The notes under the pieces were generated by a model, which was not told the origin of the DNA, ran no database searches, and saw nothing but the letters and a program-made list of their open reading frames with translations. Shown piece by piece: positions 1 to 3,375 of a stretch of 3,375 bases of DNA. This stretch comes from Escherichia coli. GTDB lineage: Bacteria; Pseudomonadota; Gammaproteobacteria; Enterobacterales; Enterobacteriaceae. The position numbers and the translations under genes were made by a program. Each line of letters opens with the position of its first letter. Positions within the stretch are counted from its first letter, which is position 1. The DNA lies in NCBI RefSeq assembly GCF_024298765.1, contig NZ_CP101216.1. One strand, 5' to 3'.

Positions 1-210
1 TGACGCGCCCCGTGATCGATGGCCTTGGCTCCGTCCGGCATATCGAGAGCGGCAAACTACCCGTCCCTTCACTGGGAGGGGTGAGTTGTTGCCGTTCCCT
101 CCAACCTTTCACCATCCGGCATATCGCACGATCCCATGTGCACCGCAACTCCTGATAACTCCAGTGCAAAAAAAAAAAAAACGGATCTGCATCACAACGA
201 GAGTGATCCC
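1..210 (+). other. ColE1/pMB1-type replication origin, distal part (3' region of the RNA II primer and presumed RNA-to-DNA switch); RNA II promoter and RNA I lie outside the window
   Basis: Position matches the pMB1/pBR322 layout (ori, then bom, then rop). Window 211-226 ACCGCTCGCCGCAGCC and 259-272 GGAAGCGGAAGAG closely match the pBR322 segment between ori and bom as I recall it. The A14 run at 168-181 followed by CGG sits where pMB1 has its A5-CGCC switch motif. Positions 1-160 are too diverged to align by eye, so the boundaries are approximate. Confidence 0.45.
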
Positions 211-394
211 ACCGCTCGCCGCAGCCCCAGCGACCGAACGTAGTGAGCGAGTGGGCGAGGAAGCGGAAGAGTCACAGATGCAAGCATTGTGCACTTACGC
301 GCCTGTGCCAGTGTCCGCGTGTGTGCTGTTTATCGGGTGCGCTGTTTTTACATCTGTGCGGCTTTTTACTCCTGACATGGTGCACTTCCCATCC

Positions 395-560
395 ATGTCT
401 GCACCGATGCAAAATGAGATAAGCCAGTATACACATCGCTATCGCTCTGTGAACTGGGTCAGGGCTGCGCCCCGACACCCGCACTGACGCGCCCTGGCGG
501 GCTTGTCTGCTCCCGGCATCCGCTCACAGGCAAGCTGTGAACGTCTCCGGGAGCTGCATG
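395..560 (-). other. oriT / bom (basis of mobility) of the ColE1 family, with predicted nic site between 424 and 423 on the minus strand
   Basis: Reverse complement of 417-435 reads TGTGTATACTGGCTTATCT, matching the conserved ColE1/pBR322 nic region GTGTATACTGGCTTAAC. The flanks are near-identical to pBR322 bom as recalled: revcomp of 458-478 GGGTGTCGGGGCGCAGCC, of 500-526 GCGGATGCCGGGAGCAGACAAGCCCG, and of 543-561 ACATGCAGCTCCCGGAGAC. The nick position CTGG/CTTA is from memory of the ColE1 literature. Confidence 0.8.
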
Positions 561-562
561 TT

Positions 563-754
563 TCAGTTGCTTTCACCGTCATCGCCGAAGCGTGCGAGGC
601 AACTGCGGTAGAGTTCGTCGGCGTGGTCGTGAAGTGATTCGCAGATGTCTGCCTGTTCGTCCGCGTCCAGATCGTTGAGTTTTTCCAGCAGGGTTAGCGT
701 CTGGCTTCTGATAAAGCGAGCCATGTTAAGGGCTGTTTTTTCCTGTTTGGTCAT
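563..754 (-). CDS. rop: Rop/Rom, RNA I-RNA II interaction modulator (plasmid copy-number control), 63 aa
   Basis: Translation MTKQEKTALNMARFIRSQTLTLLEKLNDLDADEQADICESLHDHADELYRSCLARFGDDGESN is near-identical to ColE1/pBR322 Rop as I recall it (E to D at residue 27, last residues differ). ATG start with an AGGAG Shine-Dalgarno on the minus strand (revcomp of 763-767) about 8 nt upstream; TGA stop. Confidence 0.95.
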   Translation of the reverse strand: MTKQEKTALNMARFIRSQTLTLLEKLNDLDADEQADICESLHDHADELYRSCLARFGDDGESN

Positions 755-802
755 GGTCTTAAGGCTCCTTGTATGGGGGATTTGTTAGGGGGAATGATAC
801 CG

Positions 803-1141
803 ATGAAACGCGAGAAGATGCTCACGATACGGGTTACCGATGAGGAGCACGCCCGGTTACTGGAACGCTGCGAGGGTAAACGACTGGCGGAATGGATGCG
901 GCGGGTCTGTCTGGGGGAGCCGGTTGCACGCACAGGAAAACTGCCGACACTATCGCCGCCATTGCTGCGGCATCTGGCTGCCATCGGGAACAACCTGAAC
1001 CAGACAGCCCGGAAGGTGAACAGCGGCCAGTGGTCTTCGATTGACCGGGTTCATGTGGTGGCCGCACTGATGGCCATCGAGGGTGAATTGCGCCAGTTGC
1101 GGCAGGCTGTCAGGGAACAGGGGGTACGGGATGATAGTTAA
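803..1141 (+). CDS. mbeC: MbeC/MobC relaxosome accessory protein (ribbon-helix-helix nicking accessory protein)
   Basis: Sequence MKREKMLTIRVTDEEHARLLERCEGKRLAEWMRRV... matches the ColE1 MbeC family; the same start (ATGAAACGAGAGAGGATGCTCACGATACGGGTTAC) survives as a remnant upstream of rop in pBR322. Start is ambiguous: 803 has the best SD spacing (AGGGGGAA at 786-793); 818 (MLTIRV..., 107 aa) and 794 are in-frame alternatives. The TAA stop at 1139-1141 overlaps the mbeA ATG at 1131. Confidence 0.9.
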   Translation: MKREKMLTIRVTDEEHARLLERCEGKRLAEWMRRVCLGEPVARTGKLPTLSPPLLRHLAAIGNNLNQTARKVNSGQWSSIDRVHVVAALMAIEGELRQLRQAVREQGVRDDS

Positions 1142-2705
1142 ATTTCATGCCAGGGGGAAAGGCGGTGGAAGTGGCCCGGTCGATTACCTGCTGGGGCGGG
1201 AGCGTAACCGCGAAGGCGCAACGGTGCTCCGGGGTAACCCGGAAGAAGTGCGGGAACTCATTGATTCCACGCCATTCTCGAAGAAATACACTTCAGGCGT
1301 TCTGTCGTTCGCGGAGAAGGAGTTACCGCCGGGTGAACGCGAAAGAGTGATGACGAGCTTTGAGCGTGTTCTTATGCCCGGTCTCGAAAAAGACCAGTAC
1401 AGCATTCTCTGGGTGGAACACCAGGATAAGGGGCGGCTCGAACTGAATTTTGTCATCCCGAACATGGAGCTACAGAGCGGTAAGCGCCTCCAGCCGTACT
1501 ACGACCGCGCGGACAGGCCGAGGATAAATGCCTGGCAGACGCTGGTTAATCATCATTACGGGCTGCGTGACCCGAACGCACCGGAGAACAGACGGACGCT
1601 TGTCACGCCAAATAATCTGCCAAAAGCGAAACAGGAGGCCGCAGAAGCGATTACACGGGGTCTTGAGGCGCTTTACCATGCCGGAGCAATAAAAACGCGT
1701 CAGGATGTCACTGGGGCGCTCACAGCGGCAGGTTTTGAGGTGGTGAGGACAACCAGAAGCAGTATCAGTATTGCCGACCCGGAGGGTGGGCGGAATCTCA
1801 GGCTAAAGGGGGCGCTGTATGAGCAATCTTTTACAAATGGGAACAGACTTCGAGAAGAAACTGAAAGAGCGAGCCGCTTCTACCGAGAACATGCTGAACA
1901 GCGAGTTCAGGAAGCTCGAAGAGTCTGTAGACAAGGCACTGAGCTTAAACAGGCAGAAAATCAGAGACGCTATCAGCGGACATACAACATCCGTGAAACA
2001 GCAACTGGATACACTGAGCGCCACCGTGAGCACGCAGTTCAGCACCACAGAGGCCGAACTGTCCCGGCAGCAGAAAAAACTGCTCTGGCAGGTGATCAAA
2101 GGGCGGATACTGTTTCCGGCGCTGACCGCGCTCAGCGTCACGGGCGGCATTTTCCTGGGGTGCTGGGGGCTGATGGAGTGGCAGGAAAGCAAGATTGCGA
2201 AAAATATCCTGACTATCAGAGAGCAGGAAAACACGCTGGCGAAACTCGAGGCAAAAACCTGGGGGGTGACGTTCGTCAATGGCGAGAACGGGAAATTTCT
2301 GGTGTTGCCGGACGGGGTGAAAGGGGAAAACACCTGGACGGTGGGCGACAAGAACGCCGTGAGGCTGGTCAGGGAGTAAACGAGTATGACGGAACTGGAA
2401 GGGCATTTGCTGAACGCCTTAGAGCATTTGCAACAGGACTATATGCGGCGGCTGAACGAGTGGGAGAGCGCCTTCGCGGAATTGCAGAAGATGCACGAGG
2501 TTACGCAACGGAACAACGCGATACTGAACGAGCGCGTCGTGATATTGAGTCAGCAGGTGCAGAGATTAGCCGGGCAAGTGGATCGCTTGAGTCGGTTATT
2601 TATCGCGAACAACAGCTAAGGGATGAACAGGAGCGTGCCCGGTACAGACATGAGGTACAGGAACGCGCGGCACGGGTTCGGAGTGGGCCATCAATGGAGA
2701 TGTGA
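1131..2705 (+). CDS. mbeA: MbeA/MobA relaxase, MOB-P5 (HEN) family, 524 aa
   Basis: N-terminus MIVKFHARGKGGGSGPVDYLLG places the catalytic Tyr at residue 19 as in ColE1 MbeA. WVEHQDKGRLELNFVIPN carries the H-E-N signature. The C-terminal half is R/E/G/A-rich low complexity, as in MbeA. I chose the 1131 ATG over the ORF-track start at 1083 because of homology and overlap coupling with the mbeC stop. Confidence 0.95.
   Translation: MIVKFHARGKGGGSGPVDYLLGRERNREGATVLRGNPEEVRELIDSTPFSKKYTSGVLSFAEKELPPGERERVMTSFERVLMPGLEKDQYSILWVEHQDKGRLELNFVIPNMELQSGKRLQPYYDRADRPRINAWQTLVNHHYGLRDPNAPENRRTLVTPNNLPKAKQEAAEAITRGLEALYHAGAIKTRQDVTGALTAAGFEVVRTTRSSISIADPEGGRNLRLKGALYEQSFTNGNRLREETERASRFYREHAEQRVQEARRVCRQGTELKQAENQRRYQRTYNIRETATGYTERHREHAVQHHRGRTVPAAEKTALAGDQRADTVSGADRAQRHGRHFPGVLGADGVAGKQDCEKYPDYQRAGKHAGETRGKNLGGDVRQWREREISGVAGRGERGKHLDGGRQERREAGQGVNEYDGTGRAFAERLRAFATGLYAAAERVGERLRGIAEDARGYATEQRDTERARRDIESAGAEISRASGSLESVIYREQQLRDEQERARYRHEVQERAARVRSGPSMEM
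1819..2379 (+). CDS. mbeB: MbeB/MobB mobilization protein, 186 aa, one predicted transmembrane segment (ILFPALTALSVTGGIFLGCWGLM)
   Basis: Lies entirely inside mbeA in the +1 frame, the hallmark ColE1 arrangement. Strong SD (AAGGGGG at 1806-1812) 6 nt before the ATG. Sequence has the MbeB-family character of a coiled N-terminal region followed by a TM helix. Confidence 0.85.
   Translation: MSNLLQMGTDFEKKLKERAASTENMLNSEFRKLEESVDKALSLNRQKIRDAISGHTTSVKQQLDTLSATVSTQFSTTEAELSRQQKKLLWQVIKGRILFPALTALSVTGGIFLGCWGLMEWQESKIAKNILTIREQENTLAKLEAKTWGVTFVNGENGKFLVLPDGVKGENTWTVGDKNAVRLVRE
2386..2619 (+). CDS. mbeD: MbeD/MobD-like protein, 77 aa, predicted coiled coil
   Basis: Same +1 frame as mbeB, starting 7 nt after the mbeB stop with an AGGGAG SD at 2370-2375; nested inside mbeA as in ColE1. 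Assignment rests on position and size; I cannot verify the sequence residue by residue from memory. Confidence 0.75.
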   Translation: MTELEGHLLNALEHLQQDYMRRLNEWESAFAELQKMHEVTQRNNAILNERVVILSQQVQRLAGQVDRLSRLFIANNS

Positions 2706-2805
2706 CCGGGGAAGTGACGAAATCTTGCCATTTTGACCAGTTCGACGGCTGGGGCGAGCGAAACAAATCGTGTGCCGTATTTGTGCATAGCTATGCAACA
2801 TCCTG

Positions 2806-2826
2806 AAAACGCATTTCACGCGTTTT
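2806..2826. terminator. Short hairpin (7-bp stem AAAACGC/GCGTTTT, 7-nt loop) about 100 nt downstream of the mbeA stop; weak candidate terminator in either direction
   Basis: Seen directly in sequence. The U-tract is mostly inside the stem, so termination efficiency is uncertain. Confidence 0.3.
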
Positions 2827-2833
2827 TGGGGAT

Positions 2834-3375
2834 TCAGCCAGGGGAAAACATGGTTTTTTTACTTTTTGAGCGTAAAGACGTGAAAAATCTCGTTATTGCA
2901 CTTGCGATCTTTCGTCGGCGGGCGTAGAACGAAAACAGCTCGCCAGGAAGGCGAGCTGTTTCGGGTTCATTGAGGTCTCTGACCTCCTCAATGTTCCTGT
3001 GGAAACTGTTGAGATCCACAACAGAAACCAGTTCATTCAGTTTGCATGAGCCTTCTGTATTCTTCAAGAATTTTTCAACAGCACAGTCTCCCAGGAACCC
3101 CGAAAAAAACCTGTTTTTGCAGATACTTGCGTATTTGCGAGAATCGTTTGCGGTTGGGGGAGCTGTGACGACGGCGACCGCACGCGTGAGAGTTCCGCTA
3201 CCGGCGCAGAGAGTTTCATCGACAGCGGACACCTGATGAGTTGCCACAAAAACCGTATGTAGCGCGGCTAGATTGGTTGAGTTAGACCTTGGCGGCAGTT
3301 CCCGGTATGTGGTGGCGTGACGGGTGAGATGGTGCGGCGAAGACGCATACGTCACGCAGGCGCGGGTTCTTCCAC
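2834..3375 (-). CDS. Hypothetical protein, 5'-truncated by the window edge (frame stays open past 3375); no recognisable domain
   Basis: A stop-free minus-strand frame of at least 180 codons, ending at a TGA (revcomp of 2834-2836) and convergent on the mob operon. Against it: no ATG anywhere in the frame (the listed start at 3353-3355 is GTG with no SD), and the strong hairpin at 2933-2961 lies inside it. Composition of the central part (KYASICKNRFFSGFLGDCAVEKFLKNTEGSCKLNELVSVVDLNSFHRNIEEVRDL) looks protein-like. Confidence 0.3.
   Translation of the reverse strand, partial: GRTRACVTYASSPHHLTRHATTYRELPPRSNSTNLAALHTVFVATHQVSAVDETLCAGSGTLTRAVAVVTAPPTANDSRKYASICKNRFFSGFLGDCAVEKFLKNTEGSCKLNELVSVVDLNSFHRNIEEVRDLNEPETARLPGELFSFYARRRKIASAITRFFTSLRSKSKKTMFSPG
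2850..2927 (+). CDS. Candidate small peptide, 25 aa (MVFLLFERKDVKNLVIALAIFRRRA), hydrophobic with a basic C-terminus; function unknown
   Basis: ATG at 2850 preceded by AGGGGA (2840-2845); TAG stop at 2925-2927, followed 5 nt later by a perfect GC-rich hairpin. No homology recognised. It overlaps the 3' end of the convergent minus-strand ORF, so at most one of the two readings is likely to be real. Confidence 0.2.
   Translation: MVFLLFERKDVKNLVIALAIFRRRA
2933..2961. terminator. Perfect 12-bp stem-loop (AAACAGCTCGCC, loop AGGAA, GGCGAGCTGTTT); candidate rho-independent, possibly bidirectional, terminator
   Basis: Seen directly in sequence. On the minus strand the stem is followed by TTTTCGTTCT; on the plus strand by TCGGGTTCATT. 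Confidence 0.45.

Noticed and set aside
109-484. Minus-strand ORFs 109-294 and 272-484
   Set aside because: Same reasoning: they overlap conserved non-coding origin and oriT sequence.
86-487. 133-aa plus-strand ORF
   Set aside because: It lies over the ori-to-bom segment, which is homologous to the non-coding region of pBR322/ColE1, and there is no convincing RBS. Most likely a chance ORF.
751-1067. Minus-strand ORFs 751-993 and 834-1067, antisense to mbeC
   Set aside because: Antisense to a well-supported gene, with R/S/P-rich junk-like composition.
1083-1130. Upstream in-frame extension of mbeA (start at 1083, MNCASCGRLSGNRGYG...)
   Set aside because: ColE1 MbeA homology begins at MIVKFHARGK (ATG 1131), which is translationally coupled to the mbeC stop; the extension would run far into mbeC.
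1147-1350. 67-aa plus-strand ORF in an alternate frame inside the mbeA 5' region
   Set aside because: It overlaps the conserved relaxase catalytic domain, has no RBS, and has a basic junk-like composition.
1184-2406. Minus-strand ORFs antisense to mbeA/mbeB (1184-1465, 1470-1679, 1803-2351, 1945-2406)
   Set aside because: Antisense to a region already coding in two frames; no RBS, and low-complexity compositions typical of frame artefacts.
2777-2805. Possible XerCD (cer/dif-like) multimer resolution site, also considered at 3331-3360 (GGTGCGGCGAA...)
   Set aside because: Only partial half-site resemblance; no TTATGTTAAAT-type XerD arm with correct spacing. I cannot call a cer site from this sequence.
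2733-2849. Longer versions of the small plus-strand ORF (TTG at 2733, ATG at 2793)
   Set aside because: No SD before either start; 2733 is TTG. Only the ATG at 2850 has an RBS.
2970-3236. 88-aa plus-strand ORF (TTG start)
   Set aside because: Non-ATG start, no SD, S/T-rich composition, and it overlaps the more protein-like minus-strand frame.
3240-3375. Possible RNA I / RNA II 5' region, which would imply the window is a whole circular plasmid
   Set aside because: Resemblance to the pBR322 RNA II 5' region is faint, and the distance to the presumed origin would be far shorter than the ~555-nt RNA II. Not supportable by eye.

Overview
This window is the backbone of a natural ColE1/pMB1-family mobilizable plasmid. 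Reading left to right: the distal part of a ColE1-type replication origin (1-~210, with an unusual A14 run), the bom/oriT with the conserved nic motif (~395-560, minus-strand sense), rop/rom (563-754, minus), then the divergently transcribed mobilization operon mbeC (803-1141) and mbeA relaxase (1131-2705), with mbeB (1819-2379) and mbeD (2386-2619) overprinted in the +1 frame inside mbeA. The identification rests on by-eye comparison with the pBR322/pMB1 and ColE1 sequences as I recall them; no search was run. The last ~670 bp (2706-3375) is the only part I cannot assign. It holds two hairpins, a short SD-preceded 25-codon ORF, and a convergent minus-strand reading frame that stays open to the window edge but has no ATG and no domain I recognise. 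That is the only candidate for anything novel here, and the evidence for it is weak.
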